This document shows positions 1 through 9,036 of a DNA stretch of 29,986 bases, piece after piece (within the stretch, counting starts at the first letter, position 1; every line of letters starts with the position of its first letter). The stretch comes from Promethearchaeota archaeon (GTDB lineage Archaea; Asgardarchaeota; Lokiarchaeia; Sigyniarchaeales; SOKP01): positions 1-29,986 of the forward strand of contig RDOA01000001.1 in assembly GCA_011364925.1 (NCBI GenBank), in the 5' to 3' direction. A program made the translations under genes and the position numbers. The notes under the pieces are model-generated. The model did no database searches, was not told the origin of the DNA, and saw nothing but the letters and a program-made list of their open reading frames with translations.

Positions 1-824
1 TTACTAAAAATCTTACTCGAGAAGTTCCTGTTTTCTTATACCTTGGAATAAGATTTTCAATAGCGATTATTGGCTTTATTCCTTATTTTTTTCGCATAAA
101 AAAAATAAATAAGAAGTTACTTTTATACGGAACAATAACAGGATTAATGTATTACTTTGCGATCGTTTTTCAGACGCTTGGTATTCAAACGACTACGGCT
201 GGTAAGGCAGCGTTTATAACTGGGTTAAGTACTATTATGGTCCCCTTTATCACTTGGATTGGATTTAAAAAAGCCATAAGGAAGAGAGTATGGCTTGCGG
301 TGGTCATTTCCATAGTTGGAATGTACTTTCTGCTATTAGAAGGAGAGAGTGGTATTATAATTGGAGATTTTTTAGTTCTAGTATGTGCGGTGTTATACGC
401 TTATTATATAGTTTTAAACGACAAGTATGTTAGATCGGTTGATGTATACTTATATTCCGCGGTGCAATTAATTGTTATTAGTGTTCTTAGTTTTGGAACC
501 TATTATTTGAACGCGTTTTTGTTTAATGAAACGTACGATTTAACTAGTATCAATTTACCATTTTGGTTGATATTAATTTATATGGGGCTAGTAGTCACTT
601 CTGGAAGCTTTATTTTTCAAAATTGGAGCCAACAATATCAAGGACCAGCTCAAACAGCTGTCATATTTACTTTAGAACCAGTCTTTGCCCTATTGTTTGC
701 GTCTTTTATTATTGGAGACGAGACTATGACCGTCTTGGGTTGGATAGGTTGTATTCTAATTTTTATAGCTATTTTTATAACAGTTATAAAAAGCTATGAT
801 AAAGAGATTTTAAGTAAAGAATAA
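1..824 (+). CDS. EamA/DMT family drug/metabolite transporter (5'-truncated by window edge)
   Basis: The frame is open from nt 3 (TKNLTREVPVFLYLGIRFSIA...) into the tracked ORF 147..824. Many TM segments and EamA motifs 'TTAGKAAFITGL', 'GDFLVLVCA', 'AVIFTLEPVFA'. Confidence 0.9.
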   Translation, partial: TKNLTREVPVFLYLGIRFSIAIIGFIPYFFRIKKINKKLLLYGTITGLMYYFAIVFQTLGIQTTTAGKAAFITGLSTIMVPFITWIGFKKAIRKRVWLAVVISIVGMYFLLLEGESGIIIGDFLVLVCAVLYAYYIVLNDKYVRSVDVYLYSAVQLIVISVLSFGTYYLNAFLFNETYDLTSINLPFWLILIYMGLVVTSGSFIFQNWSQQYQGPAQTAVIFTLEPVFALLFASFIIGDETMTVLGWIGCILIFIAIFITVIKSYDKEILSKE

Positions 825-1032
825 CAAAGTTATACTTTATAAGTCCATAGAATCTATTTTTTTCGTCCAAATTTCAATCGAAAAGTTGTTTGTTTTCATT
901 TAAAATAAATTTATTAAGCCGTACCCTATTAATTTAACAAAATTCCTTTTTGGTATTTTTTGGATAAGGATATATTATTAAAGAGTCTCGAGTTTCTTTA
1001 AAATTCTGCATCTGTGTTGATAGTGGATAAAT

Positions 1033-1185
1033 GTGAAAGTGACAGTTGAGAGTTTAAAAATCTGTGAAAAGTGTGGAAATGTAATGGCAAATAGAACTCT
1101 TCGCAGAGATATAAATGGGAACTCGGGCAAACTGGAGCGAATTCTTCAGTGTATCGTATGTAGACATTGGGTGTCGCTTGACTAA
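1033..1185 (+). CDS. Small zinc-ribbon protein, 50 aa (not in ORF track)
   Basis: Manual translation from GTG 1033 to TAA 1185: MKVTVESLKICEKCGNVMANRTLRRDINGNSGKLERILQCIVCRHWVSLD. Two CxxC knuckles. Fills an otherwise empty ~460-nt gap. Alternative start GTG 1039. Confidence 0.8.
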   Translation: MKVTVESLKICEKCGNVMANRTLRRDINGNSGKLERILQCIVCRHWVSLD

Positions 1186-1287
1186 TACTTCTTCTGTAAA
1201 ATCAATAATCTGAAGTAGATTCCAACTTTTCTATAAAAATTTGCCCCTATTGATAAATTGAAGTTTTAAATATCAATTAGACAAACA

Positions 1288-2766
1288 ATGATTATGAACG
1301 ATAATGTTGAACTTCCCGAAGAAAAAGTTTCATTAAAAACAAAATTAAGCTACAGTTTCGGTGGTTTAGCAAATGGATTTTTTAACAGTTTCGTGTTTTC
1401 AAATCTAACCTTCTTTTATAATGTGAAACTAAATTTAGATCAGAGCTTGTTAATTATCGGCTGGCTAATATTCATAATCTGGAATACTCTTAACGATCCT
1501 ATCGCTTCTTATATTGTCGATAACACCAGAACAAAGATTGGGAGAAGAATACCTTATATTCGATATGGTTCAATATTCTATGGATTAGCGTTTATATTTT
1601 GTTGGTTTCCGATTGCTCCTTTAGATAATCAAATTGCATTGTTTGTAAACTTTACTGCGGCTCTTTTCCTCTTGGATACTATGTTTACGATCGTAGGCGT
1701 ATGTTATTTCTCTCTCCCCAACGAAATTGCTGTAACTGCTAAGGGTAGAGCAAGCATTGGAGTTTACAGTTCAGCTGTGGGGTTAATTAACTTTGTTCTT
1801 GGGTTTATCTTACCCGTAATCTTGCTTACTGGTCAAGAAGAACTTCATCCCCTATTTGCCCCAATAATTATAGGCGTTGGTGTTGGAGGTTCTGTAATAT
1901 TATTCGTAACCTCGTTTGGGTTAAAAGAAAACATGTTCGCTCAACTTCAGGAACACGAAGGGTTCATTAAAGGATTAAAGTTAACATTTAAAAATAAACC
2001 GTTTTGGATAATAATGATTCCAGCGTTTTTGATTGCGACTCTGTATCCCATATTTTTCACAGGAATTTTATATTACATTGATTATGTTATACCAGGACAA
2101 TCACCAGTTTATGTTTTACTAAGCACGATTATTGGAATAATCGTTGGATTGGTTTTAACTATGAAAAAGATCCCAAAATGGCAACCAAAAAAAGCTATGA
2201 TATTAAATGCATATTTACTTGTTGGTGGACTGATCCTACTTTTTGCAATTGGATACAATTCCGTTTTAGCTTCGATCTCCACACTGATTCTTGGAACTGG
2301 ATATGGTGGTGCGATAATTGGTAATATGACGATTATGGGGGATGTAATCGATAACGACGAATTAATCACGGGGAAACGAAGAGAAGCAATCTATGGTGGC
2401 GTTAATGCAATCGTTACGAAACCTTCAGTTTCAATCGGAAATGCAATGTTTCTTGCAATAATTAGCGGTTTTGGATTTATCCCGAAGCAGCACCCTCAAC
2501 AACTTGTAGCAATAATAGGGATCATGCTTGCATTTTGCATCGTCCCTGCAATTCTCTTGTTTCTTTCTGCAATTACTCTTCGATGGTATCCTTTAGATGG
2601 TCCTGAGTGGTTAGAAAAAAAGAAGCATATAATGGAAGTTCATAAAAAGAAAGAGAAAAGCTATTTGGAATCTTTATCAAAAAAGTCAAAACCTTCTAAT
2701 TTAGATTCGGATCTTAAAAAAACCAAGTTAAAACTTGAAAATAATCAAAAGAAAAGAAGGGAATGA
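1288..2766 (+). CDS. MFS transporter, glycoside-pentoside-hexuronide (MelB/GPH) family
   Basis: GPH motifs 'WNTLNDPIASYIVDNTRTKIGRRIPY' and 'GDVIDNDELITGKRREAIYGG'; about 12 TM helices. Confidence 0.9.
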   Translation: MIMNDNVELPEEKVSLKTKLSYSFGGLANGFFNSFVFSNLTFFYNVKLNLDQSLLIIGWLIFIIWNTLNDPIASYIVDNTRTKIGRRIPYIRYGSIFYGLAFIFCWFPIAPLDNQIALFVNFTAALFLLDTMFTIVGVCYFSLPNEIAVTAKGRASIGVYSSAVGLINFVLGFILPVILLTGQEELHPLFAPIIIGVGVGGSVILFVTSFGLKENMFAQLQEHEGFIKGLKLTFKNKPFWIIMIPAFLIATLYPIFFTGILYYIDYVIPGQSPVYVLLSTIIGIIVGLVLTMKKIPKWQPKKAMILNAYLLVGGLILLFAIGYNSVLASISTLILGTGYGGAIIGNMTIMGDVIDNDELITGKRREAIYGGVNAIVTKPSVSIGNAMFLAIISGFGFIPKQHPQQLVAIIGIMLAFCIVPAILLFLSAITLRWYPLDGPEWLEKKKHIMEVHKKKEKSYLESLSKKSKPSNLDSDLKKTKLKLENNQKKRRE

Positions 2767-2769
2767 CAT

Positions 2770-2851
2770 ATTTGAGCAAAATATTAATAAACAGGGAGAG
2801 AATTAAACTCAACGAGTTTAATAGAGGGCGAAATCCAATGTTAGCTCAAAT
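2770..2851. other. Nested inverted repeat / stem-loop between convergent genes (possible terminator or structured element)
   Basis: Perfect 9-bp hairpin ATTAAACTC-aac-GAGTTTAAT (2802-2822) enclosed by ATTTGAGC (2770-2777) / GCTCAAAT (2844-2851). Confidence 0.4.
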
Positions 2852-2947
2852 TATCGTTTTAAATTTCCCTTCTAAATAATAATTGTATTTCTCTCTTTTA
2901 AAATAATCGTATTATAAATTAAAGGTGTACTAGTATCAGCAACGATA

Positions 2948-3751
2948 TCAAAAAAATTCCAAAACTCTAATTTTCAAACCATCTTCTGCCGCTATTATTG
3001 TGTTAATATCAGTTTTTTCACGTAATTTTGCAATTTGGCTTGGTACGAAATTTTGTGGTGAAAAATTGCTGTCCATATAGCTCCCAAAATGAGTAGCAAG
3101 AAGACCTTTTAACGGTGGAGTAATTTTATTTAAGTACGGGATAACCTCATCTGTGCAAGTATGCCTTCGACAAGTAATGGAATTGGGTCTGAGTAAATTT
3201 AACACTAAAATATCTATACCTGAAAACTGTTCCGCGAAACCTTCAAAAACCTTGGTATCGCTGCTAAAACCAATTGAATAGTCCTTAAACCTAAAAATAA
3301 CGCCGAATCCTTCAACTTGAGAGTGAACAACCTTAGTACCAACTATTTCCGCTCCCATATAATGATGGATATCACCAGCTTTGAATGGAACAATTTTTTC
3401 AAGCATGTTTTTGTGATACTCCGGTACGAATTTTAATGTTTCTTTAGTCGTAATTAAAGTTCCCTTTTTAAAATAGTTATAATTCTTATCATGAAGCTTT
3501 TCTCGAGATGCTTCAATGATCGCACATAAATCGTTGAAATGATCAATGTGCATATGCGTTACAATAAATAGATTTGTTTTGGTTGGATCTTCGTTATATT
3601 GGTTTATTCTTACAATTGCTCCTGGACCCGGGTCTATATGAGCTTGATTTCCGTTAAACTTAAATAATATACCCCCAGTAGCTCGATATTGCGTTCTAAT
3701 ATGATGCCTTCCACCTCCAGAACCTAAGATAACTAACTCATCATCCATCAT
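2948..3751 (-). CDS. Metallo-beta-lactamase fold hydrolase (archaeal type)
   Basis: 'LGSGGG' N-terminus, 'IDPGPG', HxHxDH motif 'THMHIDH', 'VVHS', 'SSDT', 'THFG'. Confidence 0.9.
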   Translation of the reverse strand: MMDDELVILGSGGGRHHIRTQYRATGGILFKFNGNQAHIDPGPGAIVRINQYNEDPTKTNLFIVTHMHIDHFNDLCAIIEASREKLHDKNYNYFKKGTLITTKETLKFVPEYHKNMLEKIVPFKAGDIHHYMGAEIVGTKVVHSQVEGFGVIFRFKDYSIGFSSDTKVFEGFAEQFSGIDILVLNLLRPNSITCRRHTCTDEVIPYLNKITPPLKGLLATHFGSYMDSNFSPQNFVPSQIAKLREKTDINTIIAAEDGLKIRVLEFF

Positions 3752-3788
3752 TTAACTTTTAAACACGAGCGAATTTTTAAAATAAAAG

Positions 3789-4310
3789 TTAATATTTACT
3801 GTTTTTCATTAATTCTTGTACGATTAAATCAAACACAAGATCAACATTTGTTCCAGTCTTTGATGATGTCTTCACATAATCGATCATGTTGAATGTATTT
3901 TTTATACTATCGGCAGATTCGTCATCTACGGCAATGAATTCTTCCAAATCAAGCTTCGTCCCGACGAGAAGTATTGGAAGATCGAAATCGTGCATTCTTA
4001 CTATATTTACCCAGTTTAAGATGTTTTCTACTTTAGGCATTCGTGTAAGGTCAAACAGTAAGAGTGCACCTTTAGCTCCCATAATAAAACTCTCTAATAG
4101 GTGTCTAAAGCGTTCTTGTCCCCCTAAATCCCATAGTTGGAGCGTGCAATTCCCAACATTTTCGTAAATTACTTGTTTAATGAAAAAATCGACTCCTACT
4201 GTTGCTATGCTGGACTCGTCAAACGTACCATCTACATATTTTCGAAGTAGCGTGGTTTTTCCAACGGCGCCATCACCGGCTACAAGAATTTTGAATACGA
4301 AGTTTTTCAT
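3789..4310 (-). CDS. Rab/Ras-like small GTPase (Asgard eukaryotic signature protein)
   Basis: G1 GDGAVGKT, G2 ATVGVDF, G3 LWDLGGQERF, G4 GTKLD, G5 TSSKTG; 173 aa; no C-terminal Cys. Confidence 0.93.
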   Translation of the reverse strand: MKNFVFKILVAGDGAVGKTTLLRKYVDGTFDESSIATVGVDFFIKQVIYENVGNCTLQLWDLGGQERFRHLLESFIMGAKGALLLFDLTRMPKVENILNWVNIVRMHDFDLPILLVGTKLDLEEFIAVDDESADSIKNTFNMIDYVKTSSKTGTNVDLVFDLIVQELMKNSKY

Positions 4311-4384
4311 TTTGTATCGGGTATTTGCAATATTAGAACGTGACCTTATTATAATAAATAATAAGAATTTGCTCTTTTATTTTA

Positions 4385-6613
4385 TTATGTTATTTCTAAA
4401 ATTAATTGAGATTTTAGTTCATTTTTTACAATTTCATCAATTTGCTCCAAAATATGAGCTATATTCTTATTAATAAGTGCTTGAATTTTAACTTTAGAAC
4501 TCGTACCTCTATCTCTTTTAAGTGCTTCCATCGTAAGAGATTCTGAGATTGAGTGAGCTCTTTTAGCCAAATCAGCTAGTTTTAGGTGATTTATGTTAGT
4601 TTCATCAAATAATTTTATAGGGAGTTCGAATGGAATTTTAAATATATGTCGAGAGCTTTTTTTTATTTGAACTTGTTCAGTCATTAGTGGTGAGTTTAGA
4701 ATAGCTGATAAGTAATACGCTTCTTTTACATTATCCGTTGAATAAAAACTCAAATCTCCTGTAATAAGGAAATCCCCTTGAACCACCGCAGAGTTAACTA
4801 CTGATCCGGAATTATTGTACACTACTTTAATCTGAGATGTTTGTCTAGAATTAATGAGTTTTGACCATCGGTTTAGATTATCCATTAAAGAATTATTCTT
4901 AGTAGATTCTTTTTTGTTTTCCAAATAAAATTGATTTATCTTATCATAGAAATTTTTAGCATTTATCTTTAAATCAGAATAACTAAATGCCAAATTGTCT
5001 TTTTTTAATGGAAGAAATACACTATAATAGTCATACACATAAAATTTTATCAGTTCGGTGCTTTTAATAACCTTAAAAAGATATTCTCGTTCGATTATCT
5101 CGTTCCTAAATATGCCTTGATTCCAAGGTTCCTTAGCCCTTTTAAAGATCCTATCATCAGGGTTAATTTTCACTAGGAAATCATTAAGTTTTTTAAATTT
5201 TACAAAGATTAAATTACGAGGATTCAGATCTGCTCCCTTATGAAATAATTTTTTGTAATTACTAGTTCTAATTGGTATTAGAGTATCATAATCCTCACTT
5301 GAGATTAATTTGTTTGAATAAATTTTTCCTGCTTTTGTTTCGAGATTATATGGTTGCATTAATCCAGTTTCTTCTAATATTAAGTTTACTGAATCAAAGT
5401 AATTCAATTTTTTTCCATTCTGATCAATTGAAAAAAGAAAAAATGGAATCTTCAGATTAGAATTTTGATCCTTAAGAACACTCTTTTGAGCAAAGATACA
5501 AATAAAGTCTATATTGAATATTTCAGCAATTTCCCGCTTAAACATCCACAGTTTGATGTTGCTAAAGCCTTTAAAATTGCGAAAACGAGCTGCGTGAGAA
5601 CCATTTATTACACCTTTAGTGATTACAAAGAAAATCTTTCCATCTTTTTTCATGTGGGTTGTTTTGGCTTTGTAGAAAAATAACGATGCTATTTCAATAT
5701 TTAGCACATTTTTAGGAAGAGGTTTAATTTCTAGAGCCTCTGATAAATCCTTTACCTTAACTTGGTAATCTGGAGAATCTATATCCCTTAAAGTAAACCA
5801 TGGAGGATTACCTATAACCAAATCATAATCTTTATTGGATTCCTCTTTATTTTGGAATAAAAAGTCTGTGATTTTAAAATTATTACAAATTTTTGTGAAT
5901 TTTTCCTTAAGTAGAAAGAGTAAATTAATCTTCGCCAAATACAATGAAATTGGGTTTATATCGTAGCCATATAAATTTTTAAGCGCTCTAATTTTGTTAT
6001 CTTCTGAACTCTTTGTATTTATTATGTTTTTAGTAATCGCAATTAAGAAGTTTCCCGAACCACAACAAGGGTCGATAACTTTATCACCGAAACTATATGC
6101 TTCTTCAACCATGCTTCTAACTATGAATGGGGGTGTATAAAACTCTCCAGACTTGTGTCTTAAATGAGAAGAAAGCAGATGCTGAACTATAGCATCAAAC
6201 ATATATTCAGGATAAATCTTTAAAGAATTCATGCTACTAATTATGATTTCAACTATATGCTTATAGCTATTGGAATCTAGTTCTTTTAAAGCGTCGAAAA
6301 ATGATTCAAAATAATAAAATTCGGATGAAAATACAAATTCATACTTTTTTTCGATATTTTTTTCAACTTCAGAAATGACTTTATACGAATACTGACTAAG
6401 ATTTAGAATATATTTAGCGATGTAGAGCTTGGCTATAAGGCAAATTAAGGAATAAATCGTAAATAATTGAACATTAGTGCGTTTTTTACCATAAATTTTA
6501 ATAAAATAGTAATACCAATCTTTGTAATTATCAGATTGTTGAATTCCTTTCTTTATTATCAAGTTTTCTAAAACCTGCAGTTCCTGTTCAAAATTAGGTA
6601 ACTCAACATTCAT
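4385..6613 (-). CDS. N6-adenine DNA methyltransferase (N-6 DNA methylase / Eco57I-TaqI-like, gamma order) with probable C-terminal target recognition region
   Basis: 'GEFYTPPFIV', motif I 'IDPCCGSGNFL', 'GYDINP', motif IV 'DLVIGNPPW', 'YLSAILNS'. Confidence 0.88.
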   Translation of the reverse strand: MNVELPNFEQELQVLENLIIKKGIQQSDNYKDWYYYFIKIYGKKRTNVQLFTIYSLICLIAKLYIAKYILNLSQYSYKVISEVEKNIEKKYEFVFSSEFYYFESFFDALKELDSNSYKHIVEIIISSMNSLKIYPEYMFDAIVQHLLSSHLRHKSGEFYTPPFIVRSMVEEAYSFGDKVIDPCCGSGNFLIAITKNIINTKSSEDNKIRALKNLYGYDINPISLYLAKINLLFLLKEKFTKICNNFKITDFLFQNKEESNKDYDLVIGNPPWFTLRDIDSPDYQVKVKDLSEALEIKPLPKNVLNIEIASLFFYKAKTTHMKKDGKIFFVITKGVINGSHAARFRNFKGFSNIKLWMFKREIAEIFNIDFICIFAQKSVLKDQNSNLKIPFFLFSIDQNGKKLNYFDSVNLILEETGLMQPYNLETKAGKIYSNKLISSEDYDTLIPIRTSNYKKLFHKGADLNPRNLIFVKFKKLNDFLVKINPDDRIFKRAKEPWNQGIFRNEIIEREYLFKVIKSTELIKFYVYDYYSVFLPLKKDNLAFSYSDLKINAKNFYDKINQFYLENKKESTKNNSLMDNLNRWSKLINSRQTSQIKVVYNNSGSVVNSAVVQGDFLITGDLSFYSTDNVKEAYYLSAILNSPLMTEQVQIKKSSRHIFKIPFELPIKLFDETNINHLKLADLAKRAHSISESLTMEALKRDRGTSSKVKIQALINKNIAHILEQIDEIVKNELKSQLILEIT

Positions 6614-6768
6614 CTTTATACATACAAATAAGCAATTTATCTAACTACTCTCATTCTTCAGAGCTAAGTTTTTTAAGACAATCAATGAATTAATATTTAA
6701 ATATAAATTTACCACACTAACATTATTAAATTATCTGTTAAACAGATCAAGATAGATTTAGCGTAATT

Positions 6769-7362
6769 TTGACATCGACTGAAATAAAACTATCTAAAGC
6801 CCTTGAGAATGGCATTGAGTTCTCTTGTCAAATGTGCGGGGAGTGTTGTCGAGGGTTTGATGAAGGCGAAGTATATTTATACCAAGAGGATATTGAGCGT
6901 TTGATAAAATCATTAAACCTAACAAAGAAATCGGAATTAAAAAAGTTTGCGAAAACCTATTTAAAAGTCGTAGACGATTCTTTTCTTTGGAAGGAGCCTG
7001 GAGCAGAGCGAGGAAGAACATATCGATACAAGAGCCTCGGATTTAAATTCAGAGGCGACGACGAGCACTGTCAATTCCTAATAGATAAAATTTGTTCTAT
7101 TCATGAAGCTAGACCATTTCAATGCAGGTGCTTTCCTTTTTGGCAGATGTTAGTCTCTAATCGTAAAAACTTCATTAATTATTCAAAGAAATGTCCTGGT
7201 TTAAAAGATTTGAAAGGACACTATTATTCTAAAGAAGAAATATTAGAATGGGCGAATAAAGAATACGAGATGGAAAAACAATATTTTCTTGAGATGAAAA
7301 AACATAAGTTTAATATTCTCAAGGTATACCCCTTCTTATCAAAAGATATGCTAGATAAATAA
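6769..7362 (+). CDS. YkgJ family CxxCxxCC cysteine-cluster (Zn/Fe-chelating) protein
   Basis: 'FSCQMCGECC', 'CQFL...CSIHEARPFQCRCFPFW', 'CPG'. Confidence 0.88.
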   Translation: MTSTEIKLSKALENGIEFSCQMCGECCRGFDEGEVYLYQEDIERLIKSLNLTKKSELKKFAKTYLKVVDDSFLWKEPGAERGRTYRYKSLGFKFRGDDEHCQFLIDKICSIHEARPFQCRCFPFWQMLVSNRKNFINYSKKCPGLKDLKGHYYSKEEILEWANKEYEMEKQYFLEMKKHKFNILKVYPFLSKDMLDK

Positions 7363-7401
7363 AGTTTTTTTTTCTTGAGCTCTAATGAAAATTAAAAATG
7401 A

Positions 7402-8793
7402 TTATAGTAATAGCAGGATTCTCCCCCAACATGGATACAACTCAGAAATATGTAGTTGGTTGTTAATAACAGTAAATTTTCTGTTCCCTCCTTGTTCTAA
7501 TAGCTCCTCAAATTCCCGACCATCTAAATTCTGATTCCATAAAGGAATAGTTTTCTCACTTTTTTCAAGGTTCGAATTTATCACAATCAATAGAGTCTGC
7601 TTTGTAGACCGCCTGATAAACGCTAAAATGTTGTTATCAGCAAACACGGGAGTAAGGTCTCCGTGGGTTAACGCGTGATTACTTTTTCTAATTTCTACAA
7701 ATTTTTGAACATTTCTAAAGATATCTTCACCCAATGCTGGCCAACTAGCCGAAGATTTTAACATTGGTTGTCTTACATTATCATCAGAATGCTCTGTTTT
7801 AACTCCTGTAAGACCAATTTCGTCGCCATAATAAATTTTAGGGAATCCGTTAGTAGTGAGAAGGAATAAGAACGCAGGAAAGAGATACCTATCATCCTTT
7901 AAAATGGAACGAATTCTGGTAGAATCATGATTTCCTAAGAAATTTAATAAGGTTATATCCTTAAAAAGTCCCCATTCTTTATGAAAGGATCGCTCTAAAA
8001 TAGCTTTAAGCTCGTACATATTATTGGAATTAATTGCGCTCCAAATTGATTTATATACTTGGTAGCCCGTTCCAGCATCTAGTAAATCTGGACCAACCCA
8101 TTTATCGTAAGGACCATGAATCATTTCTCCTATTAAAAGGCACTCTGGTTTAGCTTTTTTGCATACTTTTCTGAACTCTCGCCAGAAATTGGGACTAATA
8201 AGATAAGCCACATCTAAACGCCAACCGTCTATCCCAATTTCTTTTAACCAATACGTACATACTGAAAAAAGATAATCCTTAACATCGTTTTCATCTAAGT
8301 TTAATTTTACTAGTTCATAATGCCCTTCCCAATTTTTATAATCAAACCCATCACCATAAGGATTATCTCTTGAAAAGTCAATAAAATGCCAATGCTGGAA
8401 ATTAGACTGTTCCCTATGTACTTGAATATCTTTAAAAGAATTAAATTCCCTACTAACATGGTTAAAAACTCCATCAATTATAACTCTTATATTCATATTA
8501 TGGAGCTCAGAAATAATTTGCTCAAAATTATCATTAGTTCCTAATCGATGGTCTATCTTCATATAATCTACTGTATCATAACCATGAGATACAGATTCAA
8601 ATAAAGGTCCAAATTGAATCACATTGACTCCTAATTCTTTGAAATGATCGTAAAAATTTCTAATTTCCAGTAATCGATTAATCGTTCCATTCTCGTCATT
8701 ACCATATTTAGGAGCTCCAAAAAAACCTAAAGGATATATATGGTATACGATCGCTGTTTTTGTCCATTCAGGGATGTAAGTAAGATGTTCCAT
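7402..8793 (-). CDS. GH13 alpha-amylase family glycosidase (cyclomaltodextrinase/neopullulanase-like, cytoplasmic)
   Basis: Conserved regions 'HGYDTVDY', 'DGVFNH', catalytic 'DGWRLDVA', 'GEMIH', 'FLGNHD', 'IYYGDEIG'; no signal peptide. Confidence 0.92.
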   Translation of the reverse strand: MEHLTYIPEWTKTAIVYHIYPLGFFGAPKYGNDENGTINRLLEIRNFYDHFKELGVNVIQFGPLFESVSHGYDTVDYMKIDHRLGTNDNFEQIISELHNMNIRVIIDGVFNHVSREFNSFKDIQVHREQSNFQHWHFIDFSRDNPYGDGFDYKNWEGHYELVKLNLDENDVKDYLFSVCTYWLKEIGIDGWRLDVAYLISPNFWREFRKVCKKAKPECLLIGEMIHGPYDKWVGPDLLDAGTGYQVYKSIWSAINSNNMYELKAILERSFHKEWGLFKDITLLNFLGNHDSTRIRSILKDDRYLFPAFLFLLTTNGFPKIYYGDEIGLTGVKTEHSDDNVRQPMLKSSASWPALGEDIFRNVQKFVEIRKSNHALTHGDLTPVFADNNILAFIRRSTKQTLLIVINSNLEKSEKTIPLWNQNLDGREFEELLEQGGNRKFTVINNQLHISELYPCWGRILLLL

Positions 8794-9036
8794 ACTTGAA
8801 ATAAATTGATTTTAGTTAATCAATTTTAGGAAATTAGGAATTTTATATCTCAATGGTTGTAGATTTCAATAAAAATCATTCGTTTAGAGATATTTTAGAT
8901 AAGCATTCTTTCTAAATTCTTTATTCCTAGCAACAATTAACATTAATTGTAATTGAATATTGGGAACAATTAATATAAACGAGATTTTATATTATTCATA
9001 TATCCGCGAAAAGTCAACATTTATAGAGGTCTCAAA

